Assembly (NCBI RefSeq): GCF_009914755.1
Contig: NC_060935.1
Source of the DNA: the human T2T-CHM13v2.0 reference genome, Homo sapiens
DNA: 64,000 nt
Strand: one strand, 5' to 3'
Positions 26,897 through 44,613 of the stretch are shown piece after piece (within the stretch, counting starts at the first letter, position 1; every line of letters starts with the position of its first letter). The notes below the pieces were generated by a model. It had not been told where the DNA came from, made no database searches, and saw only the letters and a program-made list of their open reading frames with translations. The translations under genes and the position numbers were made by a program.

Positions 26897-27493
26897 CAGG
26901 GGCCCGGAGCCCAGCGCCCTCCTCTTCTCCTCACCGCATTCCACCTGCATCCCCCACATCACCCTGAAGATGACTTCCTGAGCCAGCCCCCAGCCACAGC
27001 CTTAGAGCTGCGGGAACACCGAGACCCCCCGTCCTTCAGCCTCGACCTGGGTGCAGGCATCCCGGGCCAGCTGCCTGCGGACCGCTTCCTTCCACAGCGA
27101 GAACTGCACTACCTTCTGTTGTACTTTAATTATTGTTTTGCCTTGTTGCTGTGACCTCCCTAAGACACTGAAGATACTTCTCGGGAAAGGATCATCGCCG
27201 TTGAAATGAAAAGAGAGACAGAGAGAGAAAAAAAAAAGAGAACCCACATGAAGCTCTGAAACCAAACAGCATCCTGCCATGAGCTTCCCAGAGACAGAAG
27301 AGACTGGAGCAAAGTCGGAAACACAGAGAAGCACGGCTTCCCCTCAGCACAGACCCTCCAGACTGGGTCTCAGAGCCGTGCCACCCACCCTCCCACACAG
27401 CCGGCCACAGGGAGAACTGGTGCTAACCAGGGTGCTTGCTTTGGTCACGTTCAACGCACTACAGAGCTACGACACAGGGGAACCTTAGGAGCA

Positions 27494-27499
27494 AATAAA
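27494..27499 (+). terminator. Proximal poly(A) signal candidate
   Basis: AATAAA followed by CA and tgtttttt. Confidence 0.55.
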
Positions 27500-29009
27500 C
27501 CGTGCTTTCATGTTTTTTAAATGGTGCTTTCCTTACCCGAGAGGTATTTTGCCTGTTCCAATCGAACCACCCCATTCAGGTCCATCAGCCTCTGATTAAT
27601 ATCCGTGAGAGTGAGTGACGGAGTGAGAGTGTGAGCGAGTGGATGTGGCTGTCAGTGCAGAACAGCATGTGTCTCTTTCCTTCTGATATATGAATGAATC
27701 AGGTTTTTTTTTTTTTTTCTGCAAACACTGTGTATAGTGAGACTTGTTCTACTTTGGAGAACAGGTTACCTTTTGAAAATGAGGTTGAGTTTCTTCCTTT
27801 CTGATGCATTGATTTTTGAAGATTTTTTTTTCCCCCTTCCCCTCTTGGTCAGAATCAATCCTTTGGTGAAAGTAAGAACCGCAGGAGTTGAGTTTTGGTT
27901 TGGTCCTGCTCAGTTTTGGTTTTTAGTTGTCCATCCTCACAGTCCTACACACTCGCCTCCTCCTGCTAGGGCTGGGGGTATCTGTGTCCTTTAAAATGGA
28001 TGAGGACCTGGTCCTCGACATGTGGGTGAGCCATGGACCTTGCCTTCCCTTCTCGTCCTTGAGGGTTTAGAACACACACCAACACCTCCAGCGTCCCCGC
28101 CCCAGCTTCCGGTGGGGTGATGCGGTCACCCTGCAAAAGACTTGCACTTTCCTCAGAACCAACATGACGCAGCTCAATAAGGGTGAGGGTCACTCCCTCC
28201 CAGAAGCCCCGTCTGGACGAGCCTTGCCTGACCTCTTCGGTGCTGACCTTCCCAAAGTGATGCCTTACTGGTTTTGTACTAACTGTGTTCATTTTACATA
28301 AGTGTCGTGCCTGCCTGGGGTTTGTTTTTTTTGTCATTGTTTTCCCCATTGAAACAAACAGGGCTAAAAAGTCATCTGTTCATTAGGAGAACTCAAGTTG
28401 CTGTGACTTTTCTCATCCAAAAGACTCATTTGTGTGGATGCGTGACCATGGGAAAAAGAAAAAAAAAAAGATCCATTTTTTAGGTTCTTTTCGGTCTCCA
28501 GCTGGCAACCCAACTGGACAATGATCTGTCTGGTGCAGGAGAAGGCAAAAGTTTCTACAAGTCTACATGACCTTGCTGATACTTGTTCTAATAGAAACCC
28601 AGTCTGCTGTGTCTTCAACATACTGGTATTTTCATTACAAAGTATGGTAAATTTTTGAGTTGTTTGTTTCTGTTTTGTAAAGAGAATCCTTATTGGACAC
28701 CAGTGAAGGTGTCTCTGTTTTAATGATCAGGGTTTTTATTCCATCTTTTGCATTTCTTCTATTTCTGAAGGTTTGTCTCTTGGCATCTTTTTTTAGTTTC
28801 TTACCATAAGAGTTTGACCCGAAACTGCTCACTTCACATTGGATGACACCATGTTCTTCCTCTTTGAAAAGAAAAGGGGAATGTGTCCCACTAGTGAAAG
28901 GAAAACTTTTCAACACTATCCCTGCTTTAGTCTCAGCAAACTCAGACTATTCTGCTTAGCCTTCATTAGTCATCTGGGTGTGAGTGTGTCTTGTTCTGTT
29001 TTTCTTTTT

Positions 29010-29015
29010 AATAAA
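29010..29015 (+). terminator. Middle poly(A) signal candidate
   Basis: AATAAA after a U-rich tract. Confidence 0.45.
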
Positions 29016-30168
29016 ACTTTTAAACCATATATTTAGCCTGTGACCAGGGGGGCCAAACCCTAAGATTTCTGGTAAACCTGAAGGGTGGCCCTCCTCAGAC
29101 AATTTATCTCCCAGCAATGACCCTACTACACTCGCGTACTGTGAATTTGGGAGGAGGTAAAGTTGACTTCTCCTCGTGGGCAGTTTTCCAATCACCTTGT
29201 GAGTAGACACCTGCCAATATTGTTTGAAACCTTTTTTTAATATGACATCCTCTCTTGTCATTCTCTTCTCCCCTTTCCCACAGACTTCCCTCCTGGGTCC
29301 AGGTTCAGAACCAAGACTTCTGTACCTAGTGCTGCCTGATTGGTGAACATTGACTTCAAGTAGCATAGCCCTTGTGTGACTCACAACTCCGTGTCCTTCC
29401 TAAAGTTTCGGGAAGCAGGGTTGTCTAATATGCACATTTCTTATTTTGGTCATATTTTTACTTTAGTGTCACTCACCTTTTACAAAGTGACTTTGTACTC
29501 ATTTAGGGCTCTATCGGAAATGCTTCCATTTTGCCTTTTCTACAGTTAGGCCAATTTTGAAATATATAAATTCTATGCAACATTTATGTTGAGTTACCAA
29601 TGGAAGCCAAAAGTTCTCTTCCCAAACTGCCAAGAATGATACAGGCCATAATTGAAATGGGAATACCTTTTAAGTTTCATTAGGGGTGGGGTGGGAGTGG
29701 GACAGGAACAAGACTTGCCTAGATCTTTGTTGTATCTTGGGGACTTTTACTTTGTTGTTTGATGCTTAAACTTCAAAATTCTCTGTATTCAAATTTGATT
29801 GTGGCGAATCTACTTCAAAAAGGAAAAATAATCCAACTTTGTGGATATTAAATGGAAGGTTTGCTGTTTTGATCTAGTTGTTTCCAGTGGAGCAGTTTTA
29901 TGAAATATGTTCTATAAGATGTACATTTTTTCATTGTAACATAGAAATTGTAAATAATTGATTAAAGTGCTGCATTTTGATGAATTTTTTCTAGCCATTT
30001 TTAAAGAGAAAACTAGGAATTGAGTATTTTGTGTACGGTATGTTTCCATCCTCCCTCCCCTTCCTCCTCCCCTCCTCTCTCTCTCTTCCTACCTATTTAA
30101 TTTTCATTTGTCATGAGGTTTTTGGATTTGCCAATGATCTGCTGGACATCATGCCCCATGTCATAGAG

Positions 30169-30217
30169 AATAAAGCTGATGATTGTACCAGTCTTAAATT
30201 ATTCATGATTCAATAAA
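30169..30217 (+). terminator. Distal poly(A) signals (two AATAAA)
   Basis: AATAAA at 30169-30174 and 30212-30217, upstream TGTA motifs, downstream gtggtttggcttgtctgtg. Confidence 0.8.
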
Positions 30218-31284
30218 ATTGATGCTTATTTATTCAGATTAGTGGTTTGGCTTGTCTGTGCTAGAGCAAGTCCTCATAGGAGTTTTATTTCATGCTAAGA
30301 GCAAGTCAGTCTTATCTGGATGCAGCAAATGCAGGGAAAACCCCAAACCTTTGCAAACCCATCTTGGCTAGTATGCCATCAATATCCCACATCTTCTCAG
30401 TTTCTCAGGTCTTCTTGCCACTCCTGTGGAGCTTGTTAGAACTGTAGAATTTCAGATCCTCTCAGACTTTATGAATCACCAGGGATCTAGTGGATCCTCA
30501 ATTTCTAACAAACTCCTAGGCAATACCAGTGCTCTAGTGCCTGGACCACACATTGAGTGGCAAGCAACATCAGTGTCCAGCCAGCCCCCTAAGTCGATCC
30601 CTTGGCATGAAAAGGATTTTTTTTTAATGTATTGAGTACCTACTAATTTCCAAATGCTTTCCCAAATACTCAGTATAATGCAAAATGATGCCAGAGAGGT
30701 ATTCTTACTCCCATTTTACAAGTGGAAAAAAAAAAAAAAAAAACAGAGAAAATGACGTGCCAAGGAACCTATAGCCAAGAAGTGAGTTGGAGTTTCAGCC
30801 CCATCTTCTGACCGTCCTGCCTTGCCAGGCTGCCTTCTAATCTTGGGGGCCTCCTGTCACATTGCAGCTCACATCCATAGCAGACACAGGCAGTGGGAGA
30901 TGACCTTACATCTCAGCATTCACTTTGAATAGCAACAACAAAAAAGGCATGGTTTGGAGTCCTGTGGGTTCACAGTGAAATTGATCCCACATGGCTGGCT
31001 CAACTGCTCACGACATGAAGTGTCTAACTCTTAACATACAACAGTGGCCCAACCAGGGAGGAGGTAAAGAATCCAGATATTTAGCATAGGCAGTTTTAAT
31101 CCCTGTCAAAAAAATAATAAAGAAGGGGTAGTACAAGTCTGACGACTAGATGTCCTGAATTCCAAGATTCTATGTCAAACATTCTATCCCATTGCTCCAT
31201 GATATATTCTGAGGTTACCTAGGAAATATGATCAGCATACATAAAGGGGATGGTGGACAGATGGCTTTTTAAAGAGCAGGGAAG

Positions 31285-31590
31285 AGCCAGGTGCGGTGGC
31301 TCACGCCTGTAATCCCAACACTTTGGGAGGCCAAGGCAGGTGGATTACCTGAGCCCAGGAGTTCAAGACCATCCTGGCAACATGGTGAAAGCCCCTCTCT
31401 ACTAAAAATACAAAAAATTAGCTGGGCGTGGTGGCACGTGCCTGTAGTCCCAGCTACTCAGGAGGCCGAGGCACGAGAATCACTTGAACCAAGGAGGCGG
31501 AGGTTGCAGTGAGCCAAGAATCACGTCACTGCACTCCAGCCTGGGCAACAGAGCAAGACTCTGTCAAAAAAAAAAAAAAAAAAAAAAAAA
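31285..31590 (+). mobile_element. AluS-type element
   Basis: Full Alu with A-tail. Confidence 0.95.
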
Positions 31591-32029
31591 GAAGAAGGGA
31601 AGGACAGGAACTGCATAACTGCATTTACGTACTCACTGGGTACCAGACGTATAGAAAATTTCACTCTATCACATATAATTACAGCACCTCTAAGAGGCAG
31701 GTGTGATTATCTCCATTTTATAGTTAAGAAAACTGAGGCTGAGTAATGTTAAATTAATACATAGTAGAAATGGAATTCTTGGTATATCTGATTCAAAACC
31801 CATGCCTTTTCTACTACGCTAAGCTACAATCAACTTAGATAGGACTTCGATGGAGGATTACACATCCCTTCTGCATTAGCTCTTTATTGCTGTGTAACAA
31901 ATTAACCCCAAATTTGGCAGCTTACAGCAGAACATTTTCTAACAGTTTCTGTGGATCAGGGGTTCAGGTATGTCTTGTTGAGTACTGTGCCTCAGGGTTT
32001 CCCACAGAGCTGTAGTCAACATGTCTGAA

Positions 32030-33170
<1,141 letters not shown>

Positions 33171-33371
33171 TGAATAATGTCTCAGAAGCAAAGAAAATGT
33201 GACAAAGAACACATGACAATGGGATCCACTGGTTTTTACTCTAAAGCCGAAGGTTGGACTGCCCTCTTCAAGGTTAGTGTAACTAAGGCACCAGCTCAGG
33301 AAAGACATTTTGTGTTAGAGCACTGTCATCTAGGAAACAGTATAAATTTTCAACGGTCAGCCATTATTTGT

Positions 33372-33985
<614 letters not shown>

Positions 33986-34077
33986 TTGTAATTTACTGTT
34001 GAATGCCCAATAGCTGGAATACATGTGTCTGGGGTATAACAGATGGGTTGTAGCAGACATCAATAATTCCTTAATTT

Positions 34078-34435
<358 letters not shown>

Positions 34436-34948
34436 TCACAGTGGTCCATCTCAAGCACCTGTGTCTCTCTGCTTCTCTACCTGGGACCTTTCTCCAGTGC
34501 TGCAGAAGGTTGTCCAGTCCTGGGGCAGAGCGGCCCACAAGGACTAGGGACTTAGTGGCCCAGGGGCAGCCTATGCCCAGCTTTCTCATCCTTCTGTGGG
34601 ACAAGTGGGAGGCATGGGAGGCACCCTCCACAAGGTGCATTAGAGGATCTCCAGTGGGACTGAACGCCACGTCGCCCACAGTCATAATGAAGGAAACTCA
34701 GCTGGAATTTCTCCCTTCCTTGTCACATTTTCCTACTCCCTCCCTCAGAGCTGGAATGATGATGAGTCAGCACCGAGGGCGCAGCCCTGGGAGTCCCCTT
34801 TAAATTTTGCACCGACTCACCTCACTTGCCTCAGGAGAGGCTAGTCCTGGCCCCAGCCTCAGCCATGCTTCCTGGCACCACAGCACAAATGATCTGCACT
34901 CAACTCCTTTCTCAGGATCTGCTAAGACAACTCAGCAATTCCTCTTAT

Positions 34949-35340
34949 TGTTATGGGTTAAGTGAGCTGTGTCCCCCAAAAAGACAGGTTGAAGTCCTAA
35001 ACCCCAGCACAGAATGTGGCCTTATTTAGGAACAGAGTGGTTGCAGGTGTAATTAATTAAGATGGGGTCTCACTAGAGTAAGGTAGGCCTTTCATCTAAT
35101 CTGACGAGTTTCCTCATAAGAAGACAATGTGAAGATCCAAGAGACGAATGCCATGAGAAAATGGAGGCACAGAAAGGAGTCAAGTAGAAGCAAGTGCCCA
35201 CAGTCTCAGAGGGAACATAGTCCTGCTGACACCCTGACTTCAGACCTCCGTCATCCAGAACCTCGAGAGAATACGCTTCCATTGTGTGAAGTCACCTTGG
35301 GGGTGGCACTTAGTTATGGTAGCCCTAGGAAACTAGCACA
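34949..35340 (+). mobile_element. MaLR solo LTR (MLT1B/C-like)
   Basis: TG...CA ends; tgtgtcccccaaaa...gttgaagtccta; ttatggtagccctaggaaactagcaca. Confidence 0.8.
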
Positions 35341-35726
35341 ATCATTTATCCAACAGAAAAGCATACATATATGGGCCAAGAAACATAGACACAAATGTTC
35401 ATAGCAGCACTATTCATAATTACAAAAACTGGAAACAACCCACACGTCCGCTGATAGGACAAATGAAATTGTGATCCGTCACTGTCACCCTACAGTGAAA
35501 ATGTATGTGGATGAATGTTGAGTAAATGTTGAGTGAAAACCGCCAGACACAAACTCATGCCAAATGTATGATTCCACGTCTATAAAGTTCACAATAGCCT
35601 TCAGGAGTGAGTGCAGGCTTAGATCATAGATATATAAAGGAAAGCGAGAAGGGAGGGGCAGCCGTTGGGAGGGGTGGAAAGTTGCTTTTGGGTGCTGGCA
35701 CGTGTCCTCCTTCTTGACTTGGGTGG

Positions 35727-36088
35727 TGCTACGGTCTGAGTGTTTGTATCCCTCCAAAATTCATAAAATGAAACCTAAATCCCAATGTGTTAATATGAGG
35801 AAATGGGCCCTTACGGCGTGATTAGGTCATGGGAATCCACTGTCATGAATGAGATTAGTGCCCTTAAAAAAGAAGCCACAGAGCTAGCTAGTACCTTCCA
35901 CTGTGTGAGGACACAGAGCACAGAAGCCACCTATGAACCAGAGAGTAATCCTTCACCAGATGCCAAGTCTGCTGGTGCCTTGATTGTGGGCTTCCCAGCT
36001 TCCAGATCTGGAAGAAAAAATTTTCTGTTGTTTAAAAGCCACCCAGTTTATGGTATTTCTGTTATAGCATCCTTAACAGACCAAGACA
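35727..36088 (+). mobile_element. MaLR solo LTR (MLT1A-like) inserted in an old L1 3' end
   Basis: TG...CA ends with 5-bp TSD GGTGG. Confidence 0.85.
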
Positions 36089-37065
36089 GGTGGTGGTGAC
36101 ACAAGTGTTTGCTTTGTTGTAGATCTTTGAGCTATATGTCTTTGTTTTGTGCACCAGAAGGTTTTTAGAAAGTAAACACGACCCCAGGCTGCCCACCTGG
36201 CCATCAGTGAAAGCTGCAGTGCAGCTGAGAATGCTGCCCTTGAGCACCGGCTTTGGCCTTCACCCCATCACTAACTCACTGCTTGAATTCTCAGCAGTAT
36301 GTCGGTTCCTGAATGCATAAATCGAGGACGCTTTGTCCACCTTGACACTAACTGATGTGTGAGCTTGGACAAGTTAATGCCACTCCCCTGTCTTGCAGGA
36401 TTGAGGAAGGTGATGCATCACGTGTGCCAGATGCCATGAAACACTGACTCCATCTTCTTCATTCTCCTAGCTGTGATTGCTTGCCTCTGCAGTCTCTGCA
36501 GGAGTCAGAGGATGGAGCTGCAGAGCCTCTAAGGCCAGAATTAGGCCCAACAGGGGAGGATGCAGACAGGCACATCAAGACCCCATACAAAGGAAAACGT
36601 CCTAAGGGCCACAGGAATAGGCTGCTTTAACGGGATACTGAGCGCCCTGTCACCACTGGAGTTCACACAAAGGCTGGAGAACGACCTGACCGAAGCAGCG
36701 GACGAATCCTCGCCCTGGGTGACAGGTGGGTCCAGATGTCTCGGAAGCTTTGTTCACCTGGCAGGATTGCCTTGTGCAGGGGAGATAGTGGAAAGGGTGT
36801 TGAGGTCTGGAGACCTGAGTTACTTAGCCTACCCTAGCTGCTACTCTCAGAGAAGTCCTATCCACCCTCAGGGACATAGTCTTCCTCTCTAATGAGGGAT
36901 TGGACTAGTTCAATGGTTCCTTAATGTGGCTTATCACCAGTGACACAGAACCTCCCCTATTGCTGCTGGATCAGAATGTCCCGGGGTGGGGAATCAGGAA
37001 TACAGTCCTCCCCCAACTCCTATATTCCAGGGCCGCAATTAGGGGCAGCTCCTTCGACCTCACAG

Positions 37066-37084
37066 TGGCCACAAGAGGGCAGCA
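37066..37084 (+). promoter_or_regulatory. CTCF motif candidate
   Basis: TGGCCACAAGAGGGCAGCA, one mismatch to the core consensus. Confidence 0.6.
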
Positions 37085-37191
37085 AAGCCCAAGCAATGCC
37101 ATCCTCAGGCAGGCCCTGACTTTACGGGTGGACCTGCAAAGCAGTAAATTCAGCTCTCTCTCAGATTTAGTTAGAGTATTTTTAAAAGGAT

Positions 37192-37490
37192 TGGGCCCTG
37201 GTGTGGTGGCTCACACCTGTAATCCCAGCACTTTAGGAGGCCGAGGCCAGTGGATCACCTGAGGTCAGGAGTTTGAGACCGGCACGGCCATCACGGCCAA
37301 ACCCCATCTCTACTAAAAATATAAAAATTAGCCAGGTGTGGTGGCGCACGCCTATAATCCCAGCTACTCAGGAGACTGAGGCAGAAGAATCACTTGAACC
37401 CAGGAGGCAGAGGTTGCAGTGAGCCAAGACTGAGCCACTACACTCCAGCCTAGGCGACAGAGCAAGACTCTGTCTCAAAATAAAATCAAA
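37192..37490 (+). mobile_element. AluS-type element
   Basis: Full Alu. Confidence 0.95.
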
Positions 37491-38144
37491 AGGACCCTCA
37501 GAAGGTCGAGCATACTATTTTTCCCTCTACCTCATGCTTGGAGAATGAAGCTACATTCTCCATAAAGGAGATAGGAAAAGGAATTGATGTGTGTCAGGCA
37601 TCTTCTTAAGCCAAGCAGCCTGCCTTCGTGGAGCATGTGATCTGCATAACAATCGCGTGAGGTTGGTGTCATCCTCTGTCTCATGATTGGTCAAGGGACT
37701 TGGGCAAGGTCTTGCTAATCAGAGACAGAGTAAGGATTTGAACCCAGGCCCTGCCAGAAAGCATGGAGTCTTGCTCCTATACCAGCCTGCATCCCTACCA
37801 GCCACTGCTGACTATGCATTCACATCCATGACCCCACTGGCATTCTGCCTTGGCCTTGCAGGTGAGGCCCGGAAGGTATAGTGACACTTAGGAAGGGAAA
37901 CTGTCTCAGAATGGACCCTGAGCTAATGATGCTGCCAGAATAAGAATCCAGGTGCTCTAACTTCCCTTCCCAGGCAACTAGGGGAGCAGTTAGGCCCCAG
38001 ACTCTAGAGTCAAATCAGGGCTCCACTGTTTGCAAGCTGTGACCCTGGGCAAATGGTGCAGCTCTCTCTGAGCTCAGCTTGCAAATCTGTAAAATAGACA
38101 TGACAATATTAACCTGCAGGTGATGCTATAAGTGTCCTTCTCAG

Positions 38145-38797
38145 TGTAGGGGTGGAAAGGTATGATACCTTTCTTCACCCATCATAAGACTCACGAATGA
38201 CACTCCTATAACAAAAGACAACAAGAGAAAAGCATAACAAATTGACTTAAAGTTTTATGTGACACAGGAGCTTTCAGAATAAAGACCTAAAAACTCAAGA
38301 GAAAACTGTCTGTTTTTAGCCTTAGACCCCATGAAGAATGCACAGCCATGTAGAAATGTGATTGGATGATTGGACAGAAAGGGTATGATCTAATGCTAAT
38401 AGGCGGAGTGGGGAAACCTAGCAAGGCCCGACTTCAGATTCTTCTTGGCCTCTCTGTGTGCCGTTCCTTCCTCCCTGGTATGGGGCAAGGTCCCTTCTGG
38501 AATAAGGGTCTTATTATCTGCTATCAGACAAGGTAGGTCAGAGAATTTCTTTATGGCCAGCTCTTACACAGAAAGGCAGGGGAAAGTTAAAGTCGTGTTT
38601 CTAGGTTTTATGGCTGGCTTTGGGGAAAAGGAATTCTAGTTTTTATGGCCTGACTTGGAGGAGAAAGGTTAGCAGAAGAAAAAGGAAAAAGGACAGAAAA
38701 AGACTTTGTTTATGAAACCCTTTCAGTGTCATTCAGTTCAAAGCACTCAGCATGCCAAGACACCATACTTTGGGATATCGTTTTCTGAACCCTGACA
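38145..38797 (-). mobile_element. ERV1 solo LTR (MER39-like)
   Basis: TG...CA ends; minus-strand start tgtcagggttcagaaaacgatatcccaaagtatgg; near-TSD tcag/ttag. Confidence 0.7.
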
Positions 38798-38865
38798 TTA
38801 GCAGCCACTGTCCACTCTTCCTAACTGAACAGCAATCGTTATCACAGCTGTTTTTAAAAGGTCAC

Positions 38866-39254
38866 TGTCTTTGTTTTATGCTGCAATAACAGAATACCTG
38901 AGACTGGGTAATTTATAATGAACAGATATTTATTTTTTGTGGAAGGTGAGAAGTCTATGGTCAAGGCGCCTGAACTCTGGGCAAGGACCTTCTTGCCGCA
39001 TCATCCCATGGCAGAAGGCAGAAAGGTAAGAGAGAGAGAAAGGGGTGAGGCGACTGAACTCATCCTTTTACAAGGGACCCACTTTTGCAAAAACTAACCC
39101 ACAACCCACTCCTTCAATAACAGCATTAAGCCACTCGTGAGGGCAGAGCCATCATGACCTAATCACCTCTCCAAGGTCCCACCTCCCAGCACTGTTGCCT
39201 TGGGGATTGCATTTCCAATACACAGACTTTGAGGGACACATTCAAACCATAGCA
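38866..39254 (-). mobile_element. MaLR solo LTR (MST family)
   Basis: aatacctgagactgggtaatttata ... acattcaaaccatagca. Confidence 0.8.
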
Positions 39255-39366
39255 GTTGCCCCAGATCTTGCCAGGCTGGAATTTATTTCTGGCCTCCTGT
39301 CTAGTAAAGACCAATGTAGTTTCCTGTGATTGGATTGCGGCTAGGGGACCTGGGTTTCAGTTTAGA

Positions 39367-39476
39367 CATTTCCATGAACTTGCTGCATTCCCTGTAGGGA
39401 CTCATTTCCCATCTGCGGGCTCATTTCCATGAAGTTGCTGCATTCCCTGTGGGGACTCACTTCCCATCTGTGGGCT
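39367..39476. repeat. 55-bp tandem duplication
   Basis: catttccatgaa(c/g)ttgctgcattccctgt(a/g)gggactca(t/c)ttcccatctg(c/t)gggct x2. Confidence 0.9.
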
Positions 39477-39722
39477 CAGGACAGTCAGGTGTGAAGCAAA
39501 GGCAACACATCAGTGAGCCCTCCCTCACTGCTGACCCATCCCCTTGCTTCCTTGACTTTTCTTTGCTCTGTATCCCAAGTGAGCGCTGGACCTGCCTCAG
39601 GCACCACTGCGATGCAGAGGCTTGGAGGGTTTTTTGGGTTCAGTTACAGTTTCTGAGCCTCTTGGCTCTGGTCACTTTTTCAGTGGAACACTTCTTCTTC
39701 CTTTTATTTTTTAAGAGAAAGG

Positions 39723-42306
<2,584 letters not shown>

Positions 42307-44147
42307 CTAAGCAATTAACGTGTACTATCTCATTTAATCCTCTCAGCGACTCTATGGCGACAGTATTATTAATGGTGCTTCATGAAAGGAAAAACTCAAG
42401 GAAATATCTCTTCTTCCTATAGCGTGAGAGCCAGCTAAGGAGTGCAAGCCCCCCCCTCCCCAACCATGGGGTGAGAAGTGTCCCCTCTGTTCTCCCAGCA
42501 GTCCTGTGCTTCCCTGTTACAGAGTGCCCCCCAGTCTGCTGTGATGGCTGTGGCCCTGCATCTCTTCCAAATGAAATGAGAGCTGGAGGCATGGCTCACT
42601 CCATGATACAGATCTAGTCCCTAGAACAGAACTAGGCTCCTATGGGGAAATGCAATAAGGACAGCGAACAAAGAAAGGGAGAGGTAGAAGGAAGCTCAGA
42701 AGTTTAAAGGACTCAGTCTGGCAGAAAAAGAAAGAGGGGTTGAGGAGGGAGTGAGATGAAGGGAAGTTGAGTGCAAGGAAGTTCAGAGGGGGAACTCTAC
42801 AGAATGCACATGGAAAATAAAGTTAATCAGCAAGGATGGAAAGATATCTTAAACGTCAACATCAACAGAAAAAAGACCTAACTGTATATCAAATTGAACT
42901 TTAATAATTTAGTGGAATATAATTTTAATGGAATATAATCTTGTGCTTTGCTTTGTAGATGTGTTGATGGTCGTGGTATTGATGTAGTAATTCCAGCACT
43001 ATTTGTGACTAAGGAATGTTAAAGCAAATATATTGTTTGGGGGAATAATAATTCTCATTCACTAAGAGAGAAGGGAGAAAACATATGGAATGAGAACAAA
43101 GGAAGAACACCACATTGCTGTATTAAATTAAAGATTACTAGTAAGACCTCCCTCTTGCTCCAGAAAGATAGATAGAGAGATGATAGCTATAAATCTGTTC
43201 CCTGAAAGAACATAGAAGCAATGATATTATAGTACAAATGATCGCAGCCACCACACCATGATTTCTAAATGCCATTCTCTAATTTTAAAAACCTGAACTT
43301 CTTAGAGAAGTGGCTGATTCCAGGTATTTGACAGAAAAATTACAAGGCAAGCCTGAACATCTTGTATCAGAAAACATGGAGGTGCTAAAAACAAACAAAC
43401 AAAAACAGTGGAGAACACCGGATCCAGCTTCAAGGGGCATCCCTGGCCAGATCTGAAAGACCTGAGCATCAACAAGAGCAACGGTGGCTACGTATCATAA
43501 GATAATTGAATAAAACAAAAACCCGTGAGTCATTGTGACAAGTAAAGGCTAAAGGTGCTACCATGCCAAACCATACTGCTCAGCTACAGGCCACTTTCTT
43601 TTGCCAGGCAGGCATGAAGAGGACCATTTGAAAAGAGTTGGCGAGATGAAGGAAAGGCACGGTACAGGCCTGCATAATATTACAGAGATTTCATTATGAG
43701 AGAGGAGGTATTACCAAATGAGAACATATTTCTCTTCCTTATTATGGGTTAGACAAGGGCTTAAAAACTGGTGGCTTAATGTCCTGCTATGACTCACAGA
43801 TATTTTTACTCACAAACTTCTTTAATTGGGAAATTGCACTTAAATTCCAGATTTCTGGATTGTCTTAAAATCCAGGCAATCTAGTCTTCATTCCAACCTG
43901 AAAACAGTCAGCTAACATGAGCAGAAATTGTCCTATTCAGTAGGGCCTGCATCCTTGGGCTCATCAGAGCTTCCAGTAGTACAGGCTCCCTTCACTGATT
44001 GTTGTCACCTGTCTGGCCCCTGGAGACATTATCCTTTATGACCACTAGTTTGTTTATGTTTCTGACTTGTGAGCTATAAAACTGGAATGACCACTAGTTT
44101 AAACTTCACTGCCTCTGAGAATTAGTGTCTGTCATTAGGATAGAGGC

Positions 44148-44195
44148 GTGTGTGTGTGTGTGTGGTGTGTGTGTGTGTGTGTGTGTATGTGTGTG
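44148..44195. repeat. Imperfect (TG)n microsatellite
   Basis: Direct reading. Confidence 0.9.
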
Positions 44196-44224
44196 CTTGA
44201 TGAAATTTGATTCAACATCTGCTA

Positions 44225-44613
<389 letters not shown>

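Larger units (their letters stand above)
26897..30237 (+). other. NAV2: NAV2 3'UTR (longest form; end approximate)
   Basis: No recognisable interspersed repeats; U-rich tract after the stop codon; ends after AATAAA at 30169 and 30212 with GT-rich sequence downstream. Confidence 0.85.

Noticed and set aside
28300-29384. Antisense ORFs and a recalled antisense lncRNA over the NAV2 3'UTR
   Set aside because: Cannot be delimited from sequence alone, and the ORFs have no protein-like features.
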